From: Phoronis australis
Lineage: Eukaryota > Animalia > Phoronida
Assembly: GCA_002633005.1 (NCBI GenBank)
Contig: NMRA01000144.1
Span: 315,336 to 379,335, forward strand
Reading direction: 5' to 3'
Length of the DNA stretch: 64,000 nucleotides
This document shows positions 1-11,726 of this stretch, piece by piece. The translations under genes were made by a program, and so were the position numbers. The notes under the pieces were generated by a model. The model had not been told where the DNA came from, made no database searches, and saw only the letters and a list, made by a program, of their open reading frames with translations. Every line of letters starts with the position of its first letter. Position 1 is the first letter of the stretch.

Positions 1-673
1 ATAACAGGTTCAAAAAACCACTACGACTGTTCGCTAAGTGCTTCACACGTTGCCACCATGTTAAGTTAACGTCTGATGGCGATGATTCTTAGTCAATCAA
101 GAGAAAAACAACACCATAGATAGCCGGAGCGGTATATTGGAGCGAACAGGCAGACACCAAATGTCGCGCCGATGCCGGCAATAATACTAACTACTCTACA
201 CTACTCAACACCACCCAAAAAACAACCTAATTTGTATCAATTTAGATAGAGTAGTTCTACACGATAACGGCACGTTTGGTTGCGTTACCTGACACCTCAC
301 AGCAGACGTAGGTGTTGAAATTATCTAATGACGTTATTGGTTTCACACGCAGTCTCTTCAGCAGTTCACAACATATGGATTACTGGTGTCAGCTTATCGC
401 TTTAATTCATCGTTTAACACCAGTACATTATCAAAGTTCGATATAAAACCCTTAAAAACGTTTTGTTTTATTTCGCTGTTACGGATTTATTGGTATTTGG
501 ACACACCGTAGCCTACAAAGTTCGGCAGGCCAATTTATCAAGGTCCGTAGCAGGAGTTTGGGGTGTGTTCGGAGATAAATTCGAAAAATTATTCCATGAA
601 ATACAGACAGGAGATACTAGATCTGTGTTGTTTAGACTTGTGATTTTTTGAGTTCTAAACACACAAAACGCTT

Positions 674-782
674 GTTATTCCGGGCAGTGGCTCGGAACCC
701 GATCAGGCCCGTCACAGCCGGACTGACTCGTTATCCCGGCCAGTGGCTCGGAACCCGATCAAGCCCGTCGCGGCCGGACTGA
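674..782. repeat. Two-copy 56-bp tandem duplication
   Basis: gttat(t/c)ccgg.cagtggctcggaacccgatca.gcccgtc.c.gccggactga at 674 and 730. Confidence 0.85.
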
Positions 783-1321
783 AGACATCACGAACATAAA
801 CCAGCCAAAGTTGGAAACTAAACTTCCAGTCAAGAAAATACTATACTAGGGAGCCAAAGAAGGAGTGTGGACGTGATTATGTTGGTGAATTAGCCACGAA
901 ACTGCAAATCTAAGTTTGTCGTGGGCCTCGAATTCAGGTTCCCCTTAAGCCACAGAACCGTCAGGGCATGACACTAATTATTTGAATAATTTATTGGTAA
1001 ATAAAGATTCCCCTAACACCTGGCCGTGGGATAGAAAATCGAGTTATTGTTTTACAACAGTTTCCTTCAGCAAACACTGAATTAGCATGGGCTCACACGG
1101 CCTCGGTGTCCGGTCAATTACTGAATTTTATTGCATCTAAAGCCGGTAACGCAGTGATTTATTCATTGCTGGCTCCTCAAATCATTTGCACTCACGAACA
1201 CTCTAGAGGTATTACAAATTGTATCTAAAGAGACAGACTTTGTTTCAGTTTTATTAAATAAGTATTGGTTAGGATGAGAATAATTCATTTTGAAACAGAA
1301 CACTCAGTAATAAACGTCAAC

Positions 1322-1717
1322 ATGGCATCTTGCAATCCTGACTTAGACGAGAGCTCACCCGACAAATACTTCGCAGGTGGAACGTTAAGTTCCACAGGCT
1401 ATCAGTTCGAACCGGAATGCAGTGATGAAGAAATACTAGAGAGGCGCTGTGAACAAGATCAGACAACGGAAGGTATGGATAGTTATTTGGTAAGCTGGCA
1501 TTCGTCAGACTCACTGTCGACGACTGCAGGCCACAGACACGGATATGTTTCACGGCCTCATACTTGTTATTTACGGCGTACTTTGCATTCTTCACTTCCT
1601 AAGCATTTCAGACTCTCGAGGAAGTCGAAAAAACGATATACCCGCTTTCCTCGAAGCTGCATAGTTCAGACAAGCAGGAACGATGCATCGCAACATAGAG
1701 GCATTCACTGCAAATGA
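1322..1717 (+). pseudogene. Possible decayed P2X7-ballast-like (Kolobok accessory KolX-like) ORF
   Basis: GYQFEPE near the N-terminus and RFPRSCIVQTSR near the C-terminus recall the YQFEP and R..PSC.V..IR motifs of that family. Nearby TTAA-ending termini (ggttcccc|ttaa ~945, ttcttct|ttaa ~1862). Recognised from memory only. Confidence 0.3.
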
Positions 1718-3347
1718 ACCACTGACGTCGATGCGTCGTTTCTCACCTTCCTCTCAGATTAACGTGACACCTCTCGGTAAGGTAGACCGTATAAGAGGCG
1801 ATCTGGATATAGACCGATTAAGACGGTAAAAAAACTAATTAAATCGGGTGGCATTCTTCTTTAAGTCGAACATTAGGTGCAATAAAGTAGAGTTTAATGC
1901 GGTTGTGCCTAGCCGCTAATTGTCCATTTATTTACATAATGGACTTGCCCATTAATTTGCAGCGATTTTGACAACGTGGACGGAGCAGTACCTGTCGAGG
2001 TTTATAGCTGCAATTGAAAGAATGTAAATAGCAAATTAATGGATGTTTACTGGAGAATTTGTGTTCTGTGCCAAGACTTTGTCGAGATTCGATGTTGTTT
2101 AGATTATTTTTGAAAACTAATGTACGCGGATCAGCCCGAAATAATTCGTTACCTGTTGGCCTGTTGTCTGCTTATAAGAGTGCACTAATACCGTCAGAGG
2201 TCCTAAAGTCGTGAGTGCCCTGAAGTCGTGAACGATCTTATTTCCTCTTATGCGTGGTCCTGCGACATCTGGCGTTGAAGTTTCCAGCGTTCGTCTGCTT
2301 ACGAACGTCAAACGAATACCCGGACGTGTTCGTATTCACAATATGATGACAAACAGTGAATGAGTGGCTTCTTTTTTCAAATGTATCTTAAAAACAGTAT
2401 ATTTCACTAATTCCCTTTTTTGTGCATTTTTAGATATATTTTCGGAAAGTGTTCAGATTTACCCAAACACGCGCTCCAGGGGTAGCTTGAACAATGTATC
2501 AAAATGTCCCAGGGTTGATCAAGTTTTGTAAGACCAAAACAATAAAATACAGAGCGATAACTGATCCTGGGTTCTTAGCGTTTTACGTGAACAACCTCAT
2601 TGAAAACGTCTGTGCACATCAAAGTTGGGTGCAAAACATATAACAATTTATTTCAATTGAAACTGAATTAATAAACAATGCAATGCATTTTTATGTCATC
2701 TAGAGTAAATGTAAGCACTGTAGTTGACTTGTGTGGTCACACTTCGTGCATTTCCGTCTAAAAGAAACGTTCACGACTTTAGGGCCTCATTCAAAATGGC
2801 CAGCGATATCAGCGACTGTTTTAAAACTCTGCTTACGGATACAAACAAGGATTAAGATTGTCAAAACACGTATATTTGTGAAGGCTGATATATGTCCAGG
2901 GCATCACATGAGCAGTTGCAAACGGACATTGGGTAGTATGACAATCAACTGCTTATTATGCTTATATTCACGACTTTAGGTCACCGGTGTATACAACACC
3001 CGCGCAGTACGTTTCTGCGGATTCTGGTGTTGAATCACGTGTGCACAAAATGACACTGATGATTGTGCTATGCGATTCGTGAATATCAAAATACCAGTTA
3101 TATGTTTCTGCGTTCGTATTGCGGAAACTGTGAAAGCGAGTTAGGATTTGGCTATTCCCCGTTTTAGATATGTATAAAAACAAGTCACATATCTAATGCG
3201 ATATAAATGTTACAATTGACATAAGCATGTGTCGCAAGTTTCATTTTCGGTTAAAAAGCTCAGCGGCATCCCATGCTCAAATATATGAGCTATGAGCTGT
3301 GACCCTGGAAAATTATTACAGACTGCACTGTGCTATGTAGCGCCTAC

Positions 3348-4306
3348 CTGAATGTATTCTCACAGCCGCAGGTTTCTTCATCGTCACCTCCTAAACAGTC
3401 CAAGTTACCGTCACACAGCTGAGCTTCAAATATACATGTGCCGTCTTTACAAGTGTGTTGATGAGCTCCGCATCGAGTGCTGTGACTGATGATATCACGT
3501 TCACATAAAACGCTTAGCGGACCATTAGGGAACAGCGTTTTCCGATCCTGATATTTAGCATAATTCTTTGTTTCCGAATTTAGTGGTGTGATCGACCAGG
3601 TAAATGGAGGCTTTGTGTTGCAGTCAAATTCAATGATATCATACTCTACAACGTTTTCCCTTATAGCATCCAATTGAAATTCTAACGATTTCCAAGTATT
3701 TTTATGTGCGTTCATTACGCGACAGGTGGTATTGATCTTCTCAAACCAAATTCCCCGATATTCCGGCTGATGTCTCCATAGCGACAAGAGGTACCGGATA
3801 TACGCCAAATCATTGTCGCTAATATTTGCCATCCTGGCTCCCATCTGAATACACATCGACTTTGCATCCGTGTAACTCAGAGAAGTTGTTAACGAGTGTA
3901 AACTAGTTACCAATTTTACGCATGCTCCATTCATAAAGGTCCAATCCCTAGTGCAACGGTTGGTGGGCATGAGCGTTACACCAGCGTCAGGTTCTGCAGT
4001 ACTACTTGAAAATCTATAGGGCGACTTTTTGCAAACGAACAACGCCTCTGGGAACGGATAGTTGCAAGGCAGTTTCGCCCAGTTGGTTTCGTACTGAAGA
4101 CGAACGCTTGGTTCAGAGATATACATCACAGTGCAAAGTGAGTATTCTTCTCTGATTGGTTGAAGGCGGTTACTAGGAATGACCGCTGATATTTCCTCCG
4201 GTGGCATGAAGTTGGCTTCGTCTTCAGTAATTTTGTCTGAATAAAGGCGCCTGTGCCAGTCAGTTAATCGAACTTGAGTTCCGTCCATCCACGTCCCATC
4301 TCCACC
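3348..4306 (-). CDS. Copy A coding exon 2: CTL1 C-half, CTL2, LDLa (paralogue of 47160-48115)
   Basis: Acceptor ctttatag|GGT GGA GAT at 4306 in phase 0; donor TTCAG|gtaggc at 3348 in phase 2, the same positions as in copy B. Shared peptides RLQPIREE, WAKLPCNYPFP and HSTRCGAHQHTC. Confidence 0.88.
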
Positions 4307-6357
4307 CTATAAAGAGAAAGGCAATATCACAGTGAACGAATTTTAAGCAATAACGAGTATCACTGAGGATATTAAAAGCGATATCTAATTCCTTTCAAAC
4401 TATTAGCACATATTAATTGCAACTTCCTCGCTTTTCAGGAAAAATTGTTAAATCCCTTAAGAAACTTGGTTGATATCGAGTATCAGACAGAACCAAAGGA
4501 AACAGAAACAACATAAACAACAAAAGTGCAAAAACCGACGTCAGCTACACTCTCTCCTATGGGAGATCATCTTCTAACTTAAACGAGGAACCTTTAATGA
4601 GTCTGAAAGATAAAGAAACGGGTAACATCAGTGAATAACAAATTACTTTTGTGATAAGCTGCCGCAGAGTTCTTTCCGGTGAAAGCAAACATACAGTAAC
4701 TGGCAGATGCTTACAACAATTCGTAAGGGTTTTGTGTGGAGACGTTTAACAAAAGGAGAAGCCGAAACAAAAATAGCACCAACAGTTGTCATTAGTAGTG
4801 TAGCTCAAGTCAGATCCAACTAAAAGTGAGCAAGAGTCATTTCTTCCTCCGTTGATGAACACGTACCTGCCATTTTCAGAGAAACTACATTAAAGTTAGA
4901 TATATAGACGCAGACGCAAAGAAATTTTGTTCCGTGACATGGGGCTGTTCATTTATTTTCACCACTCAAATAGTGGGTTCTTCGGATGCCATGTTTCTCC
5001 CTGTATTTTCTATCGTTTATGATTGTTTATCTTTAGTTTTTATTGAATTACAGGTCAATGTGTTCCCATTTTACTAGTAACATTGAAGTTCGACGCCTTT
5101 TAATGTTCTTTTGAAGGCTTATCAAAGGTTGAGACTCAGTGTGTTTACCTCCATCCGATAGACGGCGTTTCGGTAATTCATTGAATGATCACAGGATCAC
5201 ATCAACTAAATGCGATGCAGAGCACGTACCGAAAACAAAAAGATTTCCAGCCAAAATTGCAAAACAGTACACCCAGTCAAAAATAGGACAACATCGATAT
5301 CTGCACCTATTGCGGCCAGACGGGGCACGGGAAAAAGGCTCCAGCTCGTCTCCGCCAATCAGTGTGCCTCGCCTTCCGCCACATATGCGAGAAGTGTCAA
5401 TTAAAGAATCACTTCCCAGGTGTGTGCTGAGGAGGCCGCTGCACCGGAAAGCCAGAATCCAGCGCCCATCACAGCAATGCAACACTCGATTTGTACGCTG
5501 TTTCCAAAACTCATGAGACAACCCCCGACCACCACATCTTTGACCACATTTCCGACATATGGTTGAAAAACAAATCCATGCCACATCCCACAATCACACT
5601 AAAAGTCGCCACAGACGACTACTTATTACTCGGCGCCTAATCTAAAACCACCATGACCCTCAACACAACCAAAACAGAGTGCATAGCGGACACAGGATGC
5701 CAGAGTTGCTTAGCTGGCACCCACCTCCTCACCTCCTTAGATTTATCGGAGAGCGACCTCTTGCCTGTCAACATGACAACGAAGGCGTTAGACAACGGCG
5801 AGTTCAACATTCTTGGAGCCATCATCGTTAACCTTTCTGGCACCACAACCCCGGGTCGCAACACCAAGCAGATCGTGTAAATTTAAAATTCTACTGACAG
5901 GTTCTTTCTCAGCTGTCACTCTTGTCTGGGATTAGGAATTACAAGCACAAACTTTCCGACAGTAGGCGATTGCTTGAACGCTAACGATGACACGACTCCA
6001 TGCACATGTTCACCTCATCAAAAGCCGCCTCCACGCCCAAAAGCGCTTCCGTTCCCGGCCACCGCCGACAACCGCATAAGCCTCCAACAGTGGCTTCTTA
6101 ACTACTATGCCTTTTCCACATTCAACACATGCGAGCATATGCCACTCCCAATGATGGACAGTACCTCAATGCGTCTCATGGTCGACCTCGACAAGGAACC
6201 CAAAGCTTGCCATGCACCCATACCTCAGTGTCCCAATTCACTGAAAGAACGAAGTCAAGGCGGGCCTTGATAGCGACGTTAACCTGGGAGTCATCGAACC
6301 GGTACCCATTGGTACTCCAGTCACTTACCGCCACCGTATAGTTATCTGCTCTAAGAA

Positions 6358-7651
6358 CAAGAGCAACGCGAAGCGTTGAAATGCGCCCACGAATGCATTG
6401 CAAATGGTGTGCTTCTAGGGTTATTTATTTGTATCATACAAATGGCCTATATGGCGCAAAAACATACAATCCATCCGAAAACAGGAAATACCATATTTCA
6501 TAAAAATCTGTCAAGGAACTTCAAAGAAACAACGGAAAATAGAATAAAATGAAATTGCCACTAGTGGGCACAGTGTCCGTTGGATCCGCCTGAAAGTCGT
6601 GATCATTGTCTGTTATCTTCATATAAATACACTTACTAAATTTATTAAAAATCCTGCAGTGGGCTTAGGAGATACAACTATGAGCGTAAAACAAAACTAC
6701 CACTAGGGGGCGCAACAGTAGTCAGTCACCATCATCAAAGGTCGTCTTCACACTGAGAACATATATGCCAGTTTTCAAATGATTTGGTTGATACAGGGGT
6801 GGACACCAAAAACAAGATTTGAAAACAGGAAAAATGGCCACTAGTGGTGCAAAATACCTCGATTCCATCCAAAAACAGAAAGATAAGCGTCATCACACTA
6901 ATAGATTCCTATATTTAAAATTTCATGAAAATCTGTTGAGGACCTTTGACGTAAGAAAATAAAATTGCCACTAGGGGGCACAGCAGTAATCAGATCTGTC
7001 CGAAAGTCGTCGTCATCCGTAGTCAACATCATATAAATACACTTGCTAAATTAAGTAAAGATCCTGCAAACGGTTTAGGAGATACAGCCATAGGCGCAAA
7101 AAAACAAAATTGCCACTGGGAGGCGCCACAGTTGTCGAAATTGTCGGAAAATCATCATCAACCGTGCTCTTCATAGTAACCATATACATGCCAATTTTCA
7201 CAATCATCCTTTGAGCGGTTTGGTTGATAGAGGGGTGGACGCAAAAAACAGACTCGAAAACCGTAAAAATGGCCACTAGGTGGCGCAAACTACGTCGAAT
7301 CCATCCGAAAACGGGAGCATAGCGTCAACTCACTAATAGGTGCCTACTTACCAAATTTCATGAAAATTCGTTCAGGACTTTTGAAGGTACAAAGGTAAGC
7401 GAAAAAAATATAATTGCCACTAGGGGGCACACCGGTAGGCGGATCCATCCGACCGTTCGCTCATGCCGTCCCATTCATGAATGGAACGTGACAAATTTCA
7501 TGAACGTATGTCAAAGGGTTTTGGAGAAAGAGCAGCGGACGCCGGACGCCGGACGCCTGACGGACGCCACCCGGACGGACGGACGGACGTTCGGACGGAC
7601 GGACGGAGATAAGGGCATAATGCGTCCACATATAAATATGTGGGCGCATAA
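6358..7651 (-). mobile_element. Non-autonomous Helentron-associated (HINE/DINE-1-like) element nested in the Gypsy RT
   Basis: Removing it restores RT ...VICSK|KNGKPRRTVD. Inserted in an A/T run with no TSD. Sub-terminal IR atgcgccc (6381) / gggcgcat (7642); hairpin at 7620-7649; (GGAC)n microsatellite at 7537-7605; terminal stem-loop caacgc-gaa-gcgttg at 6364-6378; internal ~140-bp tandem repeats. Confidence 0.85.
6440..7500. repeat. Tandem array of 130-160 bp units with a ~410-435 bp three-unit higher-order period
   Basis: Anchor CCACT(A/G)G at 6558, 6700, 6838, 6968, 7113, 7273 and 7417. Units three apart are the most similar (gaaagtcgt after 6558 and 6968; ggtttggttgata..ggggtggac after 6700 and 7113). 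Confidence 0.85.
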
Positions 7652-8021
7652 AAATGGAAAACCTCGACGCACAGTTGACATGCATGCTTTAAACGCCCAT
7701 GCAATCACCCTTTCACCTCACGAGGTCCGTTCCCCGCAACACCAAAAAGTCGGTATGTGACGCCTGGAATGGCTATCACAGTGTTCCTCAACATGACGAA
7801 GACCGACACCACACCAAATTTATCACACCTTGAGGGCGGTATCAACACTGTTTCCCAAGGGTTACATCGCTTCTGGAGATGCGTATACCCGTCGTTTTGA
7901 CGACATCATAGCCCACATTGCTAAAAAGGTTAAATGCGGACGATACCCTCCTTTGGTCCGATTCGATAGAGGCAAGCTTCCACCAAATGAACATGTTTCT
8001 GGAGAATTGTGGAAATAACGG

Positions 8022-8238
8022 TGTTATGTAGGTGGTAACACAGTAAATTGGTATAACACGTATATTGCTTGTTGGAAGATGATAACTACATATAATACGG
8101 AAATACTAGTAAATAGGTCTATACACTACGGAGTCCTTTGCCACACTGACTGTGGAATGTAAGTGAGTCATATCTGAGACTCGTGGCTTCATTGTTCGTG
8201 GTTGGCACACCTTCTAATGGTGTGTGGTCGGCACACCA
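8022..8238. mobile_element. Solo LTR (217 bp) inserted in the Gypsy RT
   Basis: Starts TG(TTATGT) and ends (CAC)CA; flanked by a 5-bp TSD AACGG (8017-8021, 8239-8243). Removing it restores RT ENCGNNGITLKTEKF. Confidence 0.8.
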
Positions 8239-11200
8239 AACGGTATCACCCTGAAGACTGAAAAATTCACCTTTGAAAATGACTGAGTGGAATTTGCGGG
8301 GTTTCACATAACCACCATCACCGTCAGACCCAGTCAAAAGTATTTGCGGGCTATCCAAAAATTCCCTATACCGAAGTCCCTTACAGACGTTCGGTCATGG
8401 TTCGGTTGGTCAATCAAGTTGCATACGCCTTCTCCATGGCTGCAACAATGGCGCCTTTTCGCGAACTGCTAAAACCTTGCAAAAGCTTCTACTTGGACGA
8501 CACTCTAGCCAAACTGTTTAACACATCCAAATCAAAAATCATTGAACCGGTCTGCCTCGGTGTACAAATCTTTGACAAGACTAAACCCACCTGTATCATC
8601 ACCGACTTGTCTAAAAACGGGATAGGGTTCTGGCTAATGCAAAAACAATGCGACTGCACGGTGGCACCCTCAAAGACCCTCTTCTGTCGACCCGTGGGAG
8701 CCGGTTCACACATCCAGCAGAATCGCGATATTCCCTCGTCTAGGGTGAAGCCCTAGCTGTTGCAGACCCCCTCGATCGTACCAGTTTTTTGTCTTAGACT
8801 GCAAGCAACTTATTGTTGCTGTCGATCATAAACCACTCCTTGGAATATTTGAGCCCCGGCCACTAGGCGACATCAGCAGCCCTCGCCTAGGCAATCTGAA
8901 GGAAAATACTTTGTGATATCAATTCAAACTCCTTCACATTCGTGGACCTAAGAATAAAGCATCAGACACCATGTCACGTTCGCCATCTGGAGCAACAAAC
9001 CCGGACAAATTCCATCTCAAGGACGACGTCAGTGCCATCACTCCGGCGTGCTCCAACCATTAGCAGCACTAAGCTAACACCCAGAACATTCGAGAACGCG
9101 CCTAGACCATACACTGGAGCACACTGCTTCAACAAATTGGACAAATTGCCGTCAGTTACATTCCACAGTGTGTGTCTACAACCAGTGATCCCACGTTAAC
9201 GGAACTGGTCCGCATGCTTGAAGCAGGTGAACTGCCCGAATCGTACTAACATTGGCCTGATGACTTGCGTCAATTCCATCAATTCCGAGACCACCTCTTC
9301 ACACTGACGGCGTCATAATGTATAAGCAAATAGTAGTAGTCCCTCCACCGCTGCGTGACAAATGCCTCCAAGTACTACACGCCGCCCATCAAGGAGTATC
9401 GAAGATGACAGCTCGTGCTGAGTCATCGGTATTCTGGCCAGGTATGACATTACACATACCAGTATCCGCTGTGAACACAGCGATCGCATAGCTTCGTCCC
9501 AGCCCCATGCACCAGCCGCTCCTCGTATGGAGCCCTCATATTCATTGCAGTGCATCTGCGCTGACTACTTCCAGTACAAAGGCGTACATTATCTCGTTAT
9601 AGTTGACAGATACTCGAACTGGCCAATTTTGGAGCACGCTATCAACGGTGCAAACGGCCTTGTAACCTGCCTCCGACAGACGTTCGCCACGTACAGCATT
9701 GCAGACCAGTTGAGTTCCGATGGCGGATCTGAGTTCACTGCACGGGCATTTCTTCAACAATGGGGTGTAGACCACAGACTATCCTCTACAGCATTTCCAC
9801 ATAGTAAATGTCGCGCGCAAAATGCAGTCTAAACTACAGAGCGCCTCATCATGGACAACACAGGTCATAATGGCACTCTCGACAACAATGTATTCCAGCG
9901 AGCAATACTGCAATAACGCAACTCCAATGATCCGTCAACAAAACTATCTCCAGCACAATGCGTATTCGGCCGACCAATCAAGAGATTTCATCCCTGTACG
10001 ACCGGGTCGATATCTTCCGCATCCCACATGGTGATCCACTCTGAGGGCAAGAGAGGAGGCTCTTCGGAGTCGGCACATGCAGGACGCTGGTCAGAAAGTA
10101 CACGTCGCCTACTACGTCTGAAAGTGGGGGACATTGTCCGAATCCAAAATCAAACGGGCAACCACCCAAATAAATGGGATAAAACAGAGAATGTTGTTGG
10201 AGTACGGAGTTTGACCAATACGTCGTTCGCGTAGACGGATCTGGCATGATAACCACATGCAACAGGAAATTCCTACGCTTGTACGCACCTGTTCAAATTT
10301 GGACGCCTCGCTGTACTATACTTGATGACGTGACTTACGCCATTCTCCCACCACTTAATAAGTGTCCAGAAGAGAAAAACAGGGATGCAGCCCCTACGAC
10401 CTTTCCAGCCACCACAAAAACCACCAGTAGCCCACCGGGCATAAATCAACCTGAGACTGCGCAACCAGTGCCCTTGCCAGCAACGTTACCACTACAGGAT
10501 GATCCACCACCAGAACTTCAGATTCCATCATCAACACTACATACAACAGAACCACTACATGCAACAGAACCACTACCGGTAAGACGCTCTCAACGTAAGC
10601 GTAACCGTCACATATGGTTCAAAGACTATGAAAAATAGATATTTATCAGTCCCAGTATATATACATGTAGTTGTTTAAGCAAACTCATCTTTGGGACTTG
10701 GGGGAGATAGCGAATAAGCTCTGTAGGTGGCACTACGCGTGGTTACTAATACGCTATATAATTTATTTACAAATGTCAAGTCTACTTCCTCTGCGGCTAA
10801 ATGCCGGTAAAATTTCCACGTTACTAGCCGCATGAGCACCATTATTTGTATTCTTCCCTCTTAACTTTATTCTCTTTACTTTATGAATTGCATTTGCCGG
10901 TATTTATACTTCCCTTATTGTTTCAGACGATGTTCATTCGTCTTGCTTGTTCAGCTGAATAAAACGCGTTTAAATACTTGCAAGTTATAGGCCAACTTTA
11001 CGTAGGGTCGTTCTACAATTTGACCTCACTGAAATGTCTCTGTTGTAGGTCCACTTGTAAAACTGATTGTTTGTATCCGGCAACTGCGTTTTGATAGATG
11101 GAATACGCTTAGTTTCCCGGGAAGCACACCACTATTTGGCAACTGAAAAATTGGTATAGCCTCCCATTTTTGTTGGGATCCTCCATAAAAATCGCCCTTT

Positions 11201-11726
11201 CGTAGAGGTTCTCCATCGATTCCCCGATGATGGGTACACGTAATTAACCACCCAGTTTTAAACGTAAATTAGTGTGACCTTTAAGAAACATAATTTGTTG
11301 CGTAAAATACGTGTTAGAGCTTCAAAAAACATTTTCATCAAAAACCATTCACACACCAATCGTAAACTAACGACAAACAAACCTAACATCTCCTAGCAAA
11401 TTTGTGAGAAGATGGCCACCGGAGCAGCCCTGTGTCCTAGCGACGACACTAATGTGCAAGTCCCTAATGGACAAAAAGTAGTTTGCAAAATGTAACAAGT
11501 TAACGGGTTTGGGAGATGCGTTTATCGGACATTTAACTATCCCACTGGTGGGTCTAAGATGTAGTAAAGAGGTGAGGTAACCACACTTTTGTACGTACAT
11601 GTATTAAATCCCTTGCGAACACGACTATTAGTGATGAAAACTGCCTAGAATACTGATGGTGGCTATAAACAATTTAGAGGTGCGATGGTTTCGTTTCTCG
11701 GTGTGCAATCTGTAAGGAAAACTTAC

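Larger units (their letters stand above)
5190..10710 (+). mobile_element. Degenerate Ty3/Gypsy (Mag-like) LTR retrotransposon internal region, antisense within a copy A intron
   Basis: Gag zinc knuckles CTYCGQTGH and CEKCQLKNHFPGVC (~5300-5430); protease IADTGCQSC (~5680); RT GVIEPVP, KNGKPRRTVD, DAWNGYHSV, GYIASGDAYTRRFD; RNase H TDLSKNGIGF and DHKPLL; integrase ICADYF..VIVDRYSNWP and SDGGSEF; polypurine tract gggggaga near 10700. Many stops and frameshifts; no LTR pair found. Confidence 0.93.

Noticed and set aside
6440-7500. CRISPR-like reading of the regularly spaced motif array (also 57017-57487)
   Set aside because: The intervening sequences are homologous to each other, the units are too long or inverted, there are no cas genes, and the context is eukaryotic.
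10708-11290. 3' LTR of the Gypsy element
   Set aside because: It follows the polypurine tract, but no matching 5' LTR, TG...CA ends or TSD could be found, so the boundaries are unsupported.
11628-11726. ORF extensions past the donors (also 51386-51439)
   Set aside because: They are not conserved between paralogues and begin at a perfect gtaagt, so they are intronic read-through.
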